Shown: positions 51,137 to 60,682 of the stretch, in pieces
Layout of the letters: each line of letters starts with the position of its first letter
How positions within the stretch are numbered: position 1 is the stretch's first letter
Translations under genes and position numbers: made by a program
The notes under the pieces: generated by a model
What the model was told of the DNA's origin: nothing
What the model saw: only the letters and a program-made list of their open reading frames with translations
Database searches by the model: none
Origin: an uncultured Gemmatimonadota bacterium
Lineage (GTDB): Bacteria > GCA-2686955
Assembly: GCA_964490075.1 (NCBI GenBank)
Contig: CAZBBK010000018.1
Span: forward strand, 1-64,000
Direction of reading: 5' to 3'
DNA: 64,000 bases

Positions 51137-51907
51137 ATGGACGCTTCCAGCCAGTCGCGGCGGGAGTTCTTCGCCCATTCGACGCGCGGTCTGGGAGGCG
51201 CGGCGCTAGGTGGTTCGCTGTGGGCCTATCTCGTTCGCGAGCAGGCCCAGGCAACACCTTTCGCGTTGCGCCCCCCGGGTGCTCTGCCGGAGGACGATTT
51301 CCTCGCCAAGTGCATCAAGTGCGGGCAATGTGTCGTTGATTGCCCGTACCACACTCTGCGGCTCGCCGAGCTGGGGGCGCCGGTGCCGATCGGCACGCCC
51401 CATTTCGAACCCCGTCAGACTCCTTGCTTCATGTGTCCCGATCTGCCCTGCGTCCGCGCCTGCCCGACCGGGGCTCTGGATCCCGGGCTCGAAGATGTGG
51501 ACCAGTCGCGGATGGGGATCGCGGTGATCGTCGACCGCGAAAACTGTCTCTCGTATCGAGGACTGCGCTGCGAGATCTGCCACCGGGACTGTCCTTTGAC
51601 GGGAACCGCGATCACGGTCGAGCCTCATCCGCGCATGTTGAGCAAGCACGCGGTGTTCGTGCCGGTGGTGCTGAGCGATGGCTGCACCGGCTGCGGCATC
51701 TGCGAGCAGTCGTGTCCCTTGCCCGAAGCCACGATCAAGGTGCTGCCGCCGGAGCTGGCCCGGGGAGCGCTCGGGGAGCACTACGAGTTCGGCTGGACCA
51801 GCGAAACCGAGATCACGCAGCAGTTTCGGGCGGCGGCGCGGGCCCCCGGCGATCTGAGCGGCGACCTGGAATCGAGCCTCGACTACCTGAATGAGGCCGC
51901 ACCATGA
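51137..51907 (+). CDS. napG: Ferredoxin-type protein NapG
   Basis: SRREFF Tat-like motif, LRPPGA, CIKCGQC, four Cys clusters. Confidence 0.95.
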   Translation: MDASSQSRREFFAHSTRGLGGAALGGSLWAYLVREQAQATPFALRPPGALPEDDFLAKCIKCGQCVVDCPYHTLRLAELGAPVPIGTPHFEPRQTPCFMCPDLPCVRACPTGALDPGLEDVDQSRMGIAVIVDRENCLSYRGLRCEICHRDCPLTGTAITVEPHPRMLSKHAVFVPVVLSDGCTGCGICEQSCPLPEATIKVLPPELARGALGEHYEFGWTSETEITQQFRAAARAPGDLSGDLESSLDYLNEAAP

Positions 51908-52746
51908 TTGGGCGCTACCTGATTTCGAGGCGTGCGATCCAGGCGGCGGTGATACTGCTCTTCTTCGGCAGCGCCCACTGGGGTTGGAATCTTGCCGGGG
52001 CGCCGCTGCTGCGCGGCAATCTGAGCGCGTCGCAGGTGGCGGGCGTGGTTCCGCTCGCCGATCCCTTCGCGGTGCTGCAGATCCTGGCGACCGGGCACGC
52101 CCTGGAGAGCCGGGCGTTGCTGGGAGCGGCGTGCGTGCTGCTCTTCTGGGGGATCGTGGGTGGGCGATCGTTCTGCGCCTGGGTGTGCCCGATGAACCCG
52201 GTCAGCGACCTGGCCGGCTGGCTGCGGCGACGGCTCGCGCTCGATCGCGGGGCGAGCCTCGATCGGCGCCTCAGGCTGTGGATGCTGGCGCTTTCGCTGG
52301 CGCTCAGCGCAATGACGGGAGTGGCGGCATTCGAGTGGATCAGCCCGATCGGAATGCTGCAGCGAGCGCTGATCTTCGGCCTGGGAGCGGCCTGGGTGGC
52401 GGTAGGGGCGCTATTTCTTTTCGATCTGCTCTTGGCGCGGCAGGGCTGGTGCGGTCACCTCTGCCCGCTCGGCGCCTGCTACGGTCTGGTGGGGCGTGTT
52501 GCCCAGGTGCGGGTGGCGTTCGACGCCGCCAGCTGCACCCACTGCGGCCAATGCCACGAGGTCTGCGCGGAGCCGCATGTTCTGAATCTCAAGGAAGCCG
52601 CGAACGCGGGCATGGTCGCCTCTGGGGACTGTACCAACTGTGGGCGCTGCATCACTGTTTGTCCCGAAACCAGCCTCGCTTTTGCGTGGCGTCATCGATG
52701 CGTGCCAGCGCTCGCGGGCGCATCCAACCCTCATCCGAGGAGATGA
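51904..52746 (+). CDS. napH: Quinol dehydrogenase membrane subunit NapH
   Basis: GNLSAS, DPF, GGR.FCAWVCP, WCGHLCPLG, two 4Fe-4S motifs. Confidence 0.95.
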   Translation: MIGRYLISRRAIQAAVILLFFGSAHWGWNLAGAPLLRGNLSASQVAGVVPLADPFAVLQILATGHALESRALLGAACVLLFWGIVGGRSFCAWVCPMNPVSDLAGWLRRRLALDRGASLDRRLRLWMLALSLALSAMTGVAAFEWISPIGMLQRALIFGLGAAWVAVGALFLFDLLLARQGWCGHLCPLGACYGLVGRVAQVRVAFDAASCTHCGQCHEVCAEPHVLNLKEAANAGMVASGDCTNCGRCITVCPETSLAFAWRHRCVPALAGASNPHPRR

Positions 52747-53207
52747 AGACGATGAAACGAAACGCTCTGGGCGCGGCTCTGATGGCCGTCCTGCTGCCCT
52801 GCGCGGGTGCGTTCGCCTGCGAGGACTTCGGTTTGTCGAAGGTCAGCGTATTCGACAACCCCGATCCCCTGGTCACCACCCAGGCGGGGCGGGAGCCCGG
52901 CGAAAACGAGGCATTGGGTGCCTACTTCGACGAGTCGCCGCCGCTGATTCCGCACCTGGTGGCCGACTATCTGCCGATCACCATCAAAGACAATCAGTGT
53001 CTCGACTGCCACGACGCGCCCGATCGAATCGGCAAGAAGCTGGGCCGCGACGAGGAGCCGCCGATGCCGGCCAGCCACTACACCGATCTGCGCAACGCGC
53101 CGCATAAGGTGACCGGCAAGCCGATCGGCGCCCGCTTCGTGTGTACTCAGTGCCACGCTGGCCAGCAAGAGACCGAGGTGCTGGTGGAGAGCACCTATCG
53201 GCAGTAG
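52743..53207 (+). CDS. napB: Diheme cytochrome c NapB
   Basis: PPLIPH, CLDCH, SHY, CTQCH; start 52743 or 52752. Confidence 0.93.
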   Translation: MKTMKRNALGAALMAVLLPCAGAFACEDFGLSKVSVFDNPDPLVTTQAGREPGENEALGAYFDESPPLIPHLVADYLPITIKDNQCLDCHDAPDRIGKKLGRDEEPPMPASHYTDLRNAPHKVTGKPIGARFVCTQCHAGQQETEVLVESTYRQ

Positions 53208-53226
53208 CCCCCGCGAGGCCCGCGCC

Positions 53227-53751
53227 CTGGATCGCCGCGGCTTCTTGAGCGGAGCCTGGCTGCGGCGGCCGGGAGCGGACGCGCCTTCGCCCGCCCTGTC
53301 ACCCGCGACTCCGCCCGCGCCACCTTGCCTGCCAACGGCGGCGCTGGCGGGCAGTCCCTGTGCTGGCTGCGCGGCGCCCTGTGTGGCGGCGTGCGGCGAG
53401 GGGATCATCAAAGCACCGGCCGGCGGACGGGCGCTGCTGCGCTTCGACGCGACCGGCTGCACCTTCTGCGGCGACTGCCTGGAGGTCTGTCCGCTGCCGG
53501 GCGACGATGCGCCGAGCCGCATCGGATCGGCCTTGCTCGCGCGCGCAAAATGCGTCGCCTGGGAGGGAGTGGTTTGCATGAGCTGTCGCCTCGCCTGCGG
53601 CGCCGGGGCGATTCGGATGGATGCGCGCAGCAGACCACGGGTGGATGCGGCGGCCTGCACGGGCTGCGGAATCTGTGTTGCTCCCTGTCCGACCAGCGCG
53701 ATCGAGGTGCGCGGCCTGGTGGGCGGGGTGGCGGCTAGGAGGCGCGCATAG
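53227..53751 (+). CDS. napF: Ferredoxin-type protein NapF
   Basis: DRRGFL N-terminus (possible CTG start at 53227; ORF track starts at 53245), GCTFCGDC..VCP, C.SC..AC, CTGCG.CVAPCP. Confidence 0.85.
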   Translation: MDRRGFLSGAWLRRPGADAPSPALSPATPPAPPCLPTAALAGSPCAGCAAPCVAACGEGIIKAPAGGRALLRFDATGCTFCGDCLEVCPLPGDDAPSRIGSALLARAKCVAWEGVVCMSCRLACGAGAIRMDARSRPRVDAAACTGCGICVAPCPTSAIEVRGLVGGVAARRRA

Positions 53752-56700
53752 ATGGAAGACCCGATCGAGAGCAAGGACCCCGAGGGCGCGGCGGCCGGGG
53801 GTGGAATCCGGTTGGAGCTCGGCCGGGAGCGGGTCGTGAAGATCGCGCCGTGGCCGGTGGCGAGCTCGCAGCGCCGCCAGCTCCGTCGCGAGTTCGCCCT
53901 GCTCTCGATGCTGCGCCTGGAGGGGCTGCCGGCGCCTGTGACGCTGGAGATGCGCCCCGGAAGGGGCCTGTGCCTGGAGCTGGAACGTCTGCCCGGCAAG
54001 GCACTGGATCGAGCGGTGGCGGAGCGGGCCGACCGGGCGCCCTTGCGGGCGCTGCTGGGCGTGGCCCGCACGCTGGAGGGTCTGCACGGCGCCGGGCTGG
54101 TGCACGGCGACGTGTCGCCGAGAAACGTGCTGGTGGAGCGCCAGACCGAGGGTGGGCAGGGATGGCTGCTCGACCTGGGGTTCAGCGACCGGGTCGGCCG
54201 GAGGGCGCTCGGGGGCGGGATTCGGGGAACGCCGGCGACACTGGCGCCGGAGCTGCGAGACGGTGAGGCGCCGACCCAGCTCTCCGATCTCTACGCCTTC
54301 GGGCGGTTGCTGCTGCTGGCCGCCACCGGCCGCCCGCTGGCGGCGTCGTGGACCGATCGACCCGGTTCCGCTCCGCTGCAAGGCGACCTGGCCCCCGAGG
54401 TGCGGAGTCAGATCCGAGACGGAGCGGCGCTCGCGGAGTTGATCGCGCGGGCCTGCGCAGCACAGCGGACGCGCAGGCCGGCCACCATGAGGACGTTGCG
54501 CCTGGAGCTGGCGGCGGCGCTGGGCGAGCCGGAGGACCCGGGCGGCGAGCGACTCTGGAATCCCTTGGTCGCCGGACTGCGACCGGCGGCGGAAGCGAGG
54601 CTGCTGGGGGCGCTGCGCGCCGTGGCGCGGGGCAGAGGCGGCGCGATCGCCCTGGTGGGACCCGGGGGCTCGGGCAAGCGCACGCTGCAGAGCCTCGCGG
54701 GCATCGTGGCGACCGCTCTCGGCCTGGCGCTGCGACGGGTGTCCGGTGCGCGGAGCGCGGCGGGCGGACCCCCGCGCCGCAGCGGCGCACCGGCGGTGGT
54801 GTTGCTCGACACCGGCGATCGAGCGCGCGACGAAGCGCTGCTCGGCGCCCTCGCGCGACGCCGTGGGGCGGCACAGCTGGCGATCGGCATCGCCCGCCGT
54901 CCTTCGCCCGATCCCAGAGTGACGAGCGTGGAGCTGGGCCCTCTCGATCGAGCGGGGATCGGCCGTCTGGTCGCGGCGACGCTGGGCACCGAGCGGCCGC
55001 CCGCGGAGCTGATCGGACAGCTCGGTGCCGGCACCACGCGGCAGCCGGCCGCGTTGCGGGCCGCGCTGCAAGAGGCATTGCGCGCAGGCGTGCTGCGGCG
55101 CGACGCACGCGGCGGAGTGCAGGTGATCCGCGCGGCGGGGCCACTGGGCGAGCAGCTCTCCGAGACCGGCGCCGAGGCGCGCCACGAGAGCGATCCGGGG
55201 GACGCCGGGGCGGCCCTGGTGCTGGCCGGAGCGGGCGCCCCGGTGCACAGACTCGCCGCCGGCCTGGAATGGTCCGAGCTGGCGCGGCTCGGCCGATCGT
55301 CGAGCGTCCGGACTCTGGTGGCACACCTCGGGGGACTCGCACCCGGGCAGGCGTTGCGCTGGGCGCGCGAGCAGCTGGGCGCCGATCGGGCCGACGAGCT
55401 GGCGCGGGCGGTGGGATCCGCGATGGTCGATCTGGACGCCGGCGGCCCGGGGGCGCGGAATCGCTGGGCCGAACGCGGCGCCTGGCTCTTGGCGGCTCTG
55501 CGCCGGCCGGAGCTGCGCGCCGAGACCTTGCTCGCGGTGGCGGAGAGCGAGCTCGAGCGAGGCTCGCCGCGTGCCTGCCTGCTGCTCTGCCGCCGCCTGC
55601 TGGCGGGCCTCGAGCGCGAGAGCCAATCGGCGGCGCGGGCCTGCCTGCTCGCCGCCGCCGCGGCGCGGCGCCTCGGCCGCCCGGGAATCGCGCTGCGCCT
55701 GGCGAGCGCGCGCGCCGCCACGGCGCGACCGGCCGAGCGCCGGGCGCTGCTGCGCGAGGTTCTCGAGGCGCGGATCGAATCCCATGCCCTGGATGCCGCC
55801 GAGCAGGTGGCGGCGGAGCTCGTCACGGACGTGCCGGCGGGCCAGAGATCGGGGGCCGAGGACGAGCTGCTGGTGGCGCGATTGCGCCAGCTCCAGGGCC
55901 GCCACGGCGAGGCGCGTGCCCTGGCGGCGTCGGCCCTGGCCCGGGCTCGCCGCGGCGCACCACGGATCGCCGCGCGAGCGCTGAACGTGCTCGCCCTGGT
56001 CGACATCGCCACGGGAGAGGGGCGGCGGGCAAGGCGCCGCCTGGAGCGGGCGTTGCGCATCCGCGCGGCGCTGGGGGATCCCGGCGGGCGAGCCGCCTGC
56101 CTCACCCACCTGGCGGAGCTGGACGAGACCCAGGGCGACCGAGACGCCGCCCGCGTGCGCCTGCTCGACGCATTGGAGCTGCGCCTGGAGGCCTCGGATC
56201 TCGCCGCTGCCGCGGTAGTTCTGGAGCGCCTGGGCCGCCTGGCGGCGGCGGGGCGAAACCTGGCGGAGGCGCTCGATCACTTCCGCGAGGCGCTCGGACT
56301 GCGCGAGGCGGCGCGCGACCGGGCGGGCGCGGCCGCGGCCCGCCACAACCTGGGCATCCTGGCGGCCAAGGCGGGCGACCCGGCCGGAGCGCGACGCGGC
56401 TCGCGGGTCGCGGCCGAGCATTTCCAGGCGCTGGGGATGGTGAGCTCCGCGCTGGCGGCGCGCGCCCACGCCGCCGCCTGTCTGGCCGCGTTGGGGCGGC
56501 GCGAGGAGGCGCTTCGGGAGCATCGGCGGGTGCTCGCCGACCGCCGCGGAATCGCCGACTCCCGAGGGATCGTGACCTCGCTCAAGCACCTGGCCGACCT
56601 CTACGCCAGCGCCGGGCGACCGCGGCGCAGCGCGAGCCTGTTGTGGCTGGCGAGCGAATCGGTGGGAGAGCATCGGATCCGCGGCGCCGACCTGCTCCTC

Positions 56701-58839
56701 GACGCCTGCGAACGTGAGCTCGACGCGGGCCGCGACGAGCGCGCGCTGCTGGCGCTGCACCGGCTGCAAGAGCTCAATCCGGATCACCACCAGCGCCTGC
56801 GAGCGGAGATCCTGCGTGCGCGGCGGGCGCGAGAGTCGGGCTCGCCCACCGCGATTCGGGACGCCGATGCCTTCGCGACCCGCCTGCGCCGCCACGGCGC
56901 CCGGCTGAGCGAGCGCGACCTGCAAGAGGCGGTTCGCTTGCTGGCGGACCACGCGCGACCAGAGCTGGCCCGCTCTCTGCTCGCAGAGCACGGCGCCAGC
57001 GGCAGCGAGGCGGCACGGGAGCCGGCCCTTCTCGGGCTGGCGCGGGTCGAGCTGGAGCTGGCGATGGGCAACCGCGAGGCGGCCGCGGAGCACCTGGGAA
57101 GCGCCAAGGCGGCTGCGGACCGCCTGGATCTACGCCGGGAGCGGGCGCTGGCGCGCATCCTCGAGGCCGAGCTGCGCCCGGGGAGCCCCTCCGCCCGAAG
57201 GGCCTTGCTCGATGCGGCCGCAGCTTGCCTCGGCCCCGGATCGAGCTACCCCGCCCTGCGCGCCCGCATCGACACCCTGCGCGCAAACCCGCCGCGGCGG
57301 CCCGGCCTCGCCGCCGACCAGCGCCTCGGCCTGCTGCGGGTCGCCGAGCTGCTCGGGTCGATCGACGACTCGCGACGGCTCTTGCAGGCCATCCTGGGCG
57401 TCGTTCTCGAGACCCTCGGAGCCGAGCGCGGCGTGGTGAGCCTGCGCAGCGGCACATCCGACGATTTCGAGGTGGCGTTGCAGCGCAACGTGGAGGCCGC
57501 CGGCCTGGAGGACGCGCGGCGGATCTCGCGCACGATCCTGCGCCGCGCCTATCGCGAAGGGCGCGTGCTGCACTCATCCAACGCCTTGGAGGACGAGGAT
57601 TTCCAGTCTCTGCGCTCGGTTCAGCTCTATCGCATCGTATCGTTCGCCTGCGCCCCGCTGGTGGTCGCGAAGCGCATCATCGGCACGATCTACGTCGACC
57701 GCCGGGTCGACGAGGCGAGCTTCGGCGAAGGGGAGCTCGAGTTCCTGGGTGGATTCGCCCGCATCGCCGCCGTCGCCATGGAGCGGGCACGGCTCTACGG
57801 CCGGCTGAAGCGCCAGGCGGGCACGCTGCGGCGCGAAGTGGAGTCGATCTACGGCCTGGAATGCCTGGTCCACCGCAGCGCCGAGATGAGGGCGCTGATC
57901 GACCAGGCGCGGCGCTTGGCGCAGGTCGACACGCCGCTCCTGGTGGGGGGCGAGACCGGCACCGGCAAGGGCATGCTGGCACGGGGCATTCACTACTCGG
58001 GCAGCCGTGCGGGCGGACCGTACGGGGAGGTGGACTGTGGCGCCGTCACCGAGGGGCTCGCGGAGAGCTCGCTCTTCGGCCACCTGCGCGGCGCCTTCAC
58101 CGGTGCCGTGGAGGACCGCCTCGGCGCCTTCCGGGAGGCCGACGGAGGCACGCTCCTGCTCGACGAGGTGTCGGCCCTGTCCCCCATCATCCAGGCCAAG
58201 CTCTTGCGCGTTCTAGAGAACGGCGTGGTGCGGCCGGTGGGAGGCGACCGGCCGCTCACGGTCGACGTGCGGATCCTCTGCACCACCAACGCCGATCTCG
58301 CCGCGGAGGTTCGAGCCGGGCGTTTTCGCGAGGACCTCTACTTCCGAATCAACGCGGTTACGCTACAGGTACCCGCACTCCGAGAACGGCGCAGCGATGT
58401 GCTCCCACTGGCGGAACACTTCTTGCGGCAATTGAGCGAGCGGCTGGAGCGCAAGGCGCCGGAGCTGGATCGCGAGTTCCGCCGCGCCTTGCGCGCGGCA
58501 CCCTGGCCGGGGAACGTGAGGCAGCTCGAAAATCTGCTTCACCGTCTCCTGGTGCTCCACCCCTCCACGACCTGGGGAGCCGAGGTGCTGCCGGCCGACG
58601 ATCGATCGGCGCCGCGCGCCGGCGCCACGGAGAGAGACGAGATGGATGCGGTGAGCCGCGCCGAGAAGAGACTCCTGCTGGAAGCCCTGACCACCGAGCA
58701 CTGGAATCGGCGCCGGGCCTCGGAGCGGCTGGGGCTGACCCACCGGCAGGTCTGTTACCGGATGGAGAAGTACGGGATCCGAGGGCCGGCCGGTGGTCCG
58801 GGACGGCCGCGCAAAGAGCGCGGCGGGAAAGGAGCGTGA
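53752..58839 (+). CDS. Ser/Thr kinase-like + P-loop + TPR + GAF + sigma54-dependent activator (AAA+) + Fis-type HTH
   Basis: HGDVSPRNVL, DLG, GTP..LAPE, SDLYAFG; GPGGSGK; GAF domain (IGTIYVD); GETGTGK, GAFTGA, LLLDEV, FREDLYFR, WPGNVRQL; HTH. Confidence 0.9.
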   Translation: MEDPIESKDPEGAAAGGGIRLELGRERVVKIAPWPVASSQRRQLRREFALLSMLRLEGLPAPVTLEMRPGRGLCLELERLPGKALDRAVAERADRAPLRALLGVARTLEGLHGAGLVHGDVSPRNVLVERQTEGGQGWLLDLGFSDRVGRRALGGGIRGTPATLAPELRDGEAPTQLSDLYAFGRLLLLAATGRPLAASWTDRPGSAPLQGDLAPEVRSQIRDGAALAELIARACAAQRTRRPATMRTLRLELAAALGEPEDPGGERLWNPLVAGLRPAAEARLLGALRAVARGRGGAIALVGPGGSGKRTLQSLAGIVATALGLALRRVSGARSAAGGPPRRSGAPAVVLLDTGDRARDEALLGALARRRGAAQLAIGIARRPSPDPRVTSVELGPLDRAGIGRLVAATLGTERPPAELIGQLGAGTTRQPAALRAALQEALRAGVLRRDARGGVQVIRAAGPLGEQLSETGAEARHESDPGDAGAALVLAGAGAPVHRLAAGLEWSELARLGRSSSVRTLVAHLGGLAPGQALRWAREQLGADRADELARAVGSAMVDLDAGGPGARNRWAERGAWLLAALRRPELRAETLLAVAESELERGSPRACLLLCRRLLAGLERESQSAARACLLAAAAARRLGRPGIALRLASARAATARPAERRALLREVLEARIESHALDAAEQVAAELVTDVPAGQRSGAEDELLVARLRQLQGRHGEARALAASALARARRGAPRIAARALNVLALVDIATGEGRRARRRLERALRIRAALGDPGGRAACLTHLAELDETQGDRDAARVRLLDALELRLEASDLAAAAVVLERLGRLAAAGRNLAEALDHFREALGLREAARDRAGAAAARHNLGILAAKAGDPAGARRGSRVAAEHFQALGMVSSALAARAHAAACLAALGRREEALREHRRVLADRRGIADSRGIVTSLKHLADLYASAGRPRRSASLLWLASESVGEHRIRGADLLLDACERELDAGRDERALLALHRLQELNPDHHQRLRAEILRARRARESGSPTAIRDADAFATRLRRHGARLSERDLQEAVRLLADHARPELARSLLAEHGASGSEAAREPALLGLARVELELAMGNREAAAEHLGSAKAAADRLDLRRERALARILEAELRPGSPSARRALLDAAAACLGPGSSYPALRARIDTLRANPPRRPGLAADQRLGLLRVAELLGSIDDSRRLLQAILGVVLETLGAERGVVSLRSGTSDDFEVALQRNVEAAGLEDARRISRTILRRAYREGRVLHSSNALEDEDFQSLRSVQLYRIVSFACAPLVVAKRIIGTIYVDRRVDEASFGEGELEFLGGFARIAAVAMERARLYGRLKRQAGTLRREVESIYGLECLVHRSAEMRALIDQARRLAQVDTPLLVGGETGTGKGMLARGIHYSGSRAGGPYGEVDCGAVTEGLAESSLFGHLRGAFTGAVEDRLGAFREADGGTLLLDEVSALSPIIQAKLLRVLENGVVRPVGGDRPLTVDVRILCTTNADLAAEVRAGRFREDLYFRINAVTLQVPALRERRSDVLPLAEHFLRQLSERLERKAPELDREFRRALRAAPWPGNVRQLENLLHRLLVLHPSTTWGAEVLPADDRSAPRAGATERDEMDAVSRAEKRLLLEALTTEHWNRRRASERLGLTHRQVCYRMEKYGIRGPAGGPGRPRKERGGKGA

Positions 58840-58841
58840 TC

Positions 58842-59813
58842 ATGACGCGACTCGACTCGCCGGCCGTGCTGCCGCTCTTGCTCCTGGTCTTGATCGGCGG
58901 CGCGCCCGCCGGCGCGATGATGTGCCGTGACCAGGTGGTCATCAACGAGATCATGTTCGATCCCGCAGACGTTTTGGGAGACGACGAGGACTACGAGTGG
59001 GTGGAGCTGCACAACACCACCGGACACGCCGTCAGCCTCGCCGGCTGGCGTCTGAACCACGCACCCCTCGACGGCGAGATCCCTCCGCACGACTACGTCC
59101 TGGTGGCGCGCCAGGACCGCTCCGATCCCGACGGCGACGGCGAGTTCTTCTCGGCCTTCTACCACCCCGACAACGGCTATCAGATCAGCGCCCGAATCAT
59201 CGATCTCGCCGGCCAGACGATGGGGCTCGATGGCGACGACTTCGAGCTGCGTCTCTTCGACGACCAGGACCAGGTGGTCGACTGGGCCGCGTTCCACCCG
59301 GCCCCGGGCGGTGACGGCGACGGCTCGACCCTGGAGCGGCTGGTCGCCCTGCACGGCGGCAGCGAGGCGGAGTTCCTGCCGAGCGAGCCTCCCGGGCGCC
59401 ACGGCACACCAGAAGGTCAGAACAGCACCTCTCCCCTGACCGTCCACGTCTCGCTCCCCGACGCCCCAGTCGCCCCCGGCGACACGCTGCACATCGAGGA
59501 GATCATCACCAACCGAGATCGGATGGGGCATCGGGTGCGCATCTGGCGCGAGATCCTCACCCCCTCTCAGCGGCGCATCCCCTTCGAGCATCCGGATCTG
59601 CCCACCGAGGTCCACGTGCCGGGCTGCCACAGCCTGCGCCTCGAGGCGGACGTGGTGGTTCCGGCGCCCTCACCGCTGGGAGAGTTCGGCTACCACGGAA
59701 TCATCGGCGACGGCTCGGAGTCGCTGGGATCGGACTGGGACGAGTTCATCGTGGAGTCGAGCGACCACATCGGCCCGCCGCCCGAAGAATTTCACGCAAT
59801 CGTGAAATTCTGA
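58842..59813 (+). CDS. Secreted lamin-tail-domain protein with C-terminal Ig-like domain
   Basis: Signal peptide; VVINEIMFDP, EWVELHN....VSLAGW.L, GSTLER, GTPEGQNS. Confidence 0.85.
   Translation: MTRLDSPAVLPLLLLVLIGGAPAGAMMCRDQVVINEIMFDPADVLGDDEDYEWVELHNTTGHAVSLAGWRLNHAPLDGEIPPHDYVLVARQDRSDPDGDGEFFSAFYHPDNGYQISARIIDLAGQTMGLDGDDFELRLFDDQDQVVDWAAFHPAPGGDGDGSTLERLVALHGGSEAEFLPSEPPGRHGTPEGQNSTSPLTVHVSLPDAPVAPGDTLHIEEIITNRDRMGHRVRIWREILTPSQRRIPFEHPDLPTEVHVPGCHSLRLEADVVVPAPSPLGEFGYHGIIGDGSESLGSDWDEFIVESSDHIGPPPEEFHAIVKF
59787..59810. promoter_or_regulatory. Perfect 10-bp inverted repeat, candidate enhancer (UAS)
   Basis: GAATTTCACG-CAAT-CGTGAAATTC, AT-rich in a GC-rich context, about 90-115 bp upstream of a -24/-12 motif. 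Confidence 0.6.
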
Positions 59814-59898
59814 GTCAAAGGGCGCAGTCACGGGGCGGAATCGGGCCTCCGCTCTCCGGTGTCTTCTCGGTTGTCGGCGCCCTGGCGCCGGCGCCGGC

Positions 59899-59916
59899 GC
59901 GGCACGCTTCGTGCGC
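59899..59916 (+). promoter_or_regulatory. Sigma54 (-24/-12) promoter
   Basis: CGGCACGCTTCGTGC: GG (59901-02), 10-nt spacer, GC (59913-14); intergenic, downstream of a sigma54 activator gene. Confidence 0.65.
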
Positions 59917-60097
59917 TTGGTTCGGGCATCACGAGCCCCTTCTCCGGCCGTCCCCGGTCGATCGCCCGCGGGAGCGGGCCGGCGGGAGCGGGCGCAACCG
60001 GGGGGCGCTCCGACCGGGTCGCCTTCCATCCCATCCTGCAAAAGGGCTTCGCGCGGAAACGACTTCCCATTTTGGCGCGAACCCAAAGGAGCCCGAG

Positions 60098-60490
60098 ATG
60101 TCCAAGATCCTCCTGGCCGCCGCCTGCGCCGCCGCTTTCCTCCTGCCCAGCACCGCCGGCGCCATGTGGCTCGATTGCGAGCTCACCGTGGATCCCGAGT
60201 GCGTCGCTCCCGGAGACGTGGTTGAGATCGAGGTCTGCGTCGAGAACCTGACCGACGACGACATGACCGTCGAGGGCACCCTCGAGGTGCACGCGCATCA
60301 CGGCGACCACTACGAGCTGGCGGCCAAGACCGCCACCATCGCCCCCGGAGTCACCTGTCTCACCCTGCCCATGGCGGTTCCCGTCGGAACCGACGAGGAC
60401 AGCTACGTGCTGGGCCTGTGGGTCTGGGAGGAATGGGAGCACATGACTCACTGTGCGACCTGGTTAGAGGTTTCTGACGACTGTCTCTAA
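60098..60490 (+). CDS. Small secreted acidic, Cys-containing Ig-like protein
   Basis: AAAGGAG RBS, signal ending AGA, single beta-sandwich-like domain (VAPGD..V.N..VP...Y). Confidence 0.75.
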   Translation: MSKILLAAACAAAFLLPSTAGAMWLDCELTVDPECVAPGDVVEIEVCVENLTDDDMTVEGTLEVHAHHGDHYELAAKTATIAPGVTCLTLPMAVPVGTDEDSYVLGLWVWEEWEHMTHCATWLEVSDDCL

Positions 60491-60513
60491 CCAAGCAGCG
60501 TCCGTCCGCGAAG

Positions 60514-60556
60514 GAGTGCCCATGGGCCGCCGCGTCGGTCCGTGGGCTCTCTTTTT
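60514..60556 (+). terminator. Rho-independent terminator
   Basis: GCCCATGGGCCG / CGGTCCGTGGGC stem followed by CTCTTTTT. Confidence 0.65.
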
Positions 60557-60682
60557 GTCGGGCGCCCGACCACGATTCCTGCGCTCCGCGGCGACCGATT
60601 GGATTGGAGCCCGCGCTCTCGACCGGAGACCGCTCGACCGCGGATCCCAAGCGCCATCGATTCCGCATGAGGAAGCAGGATC

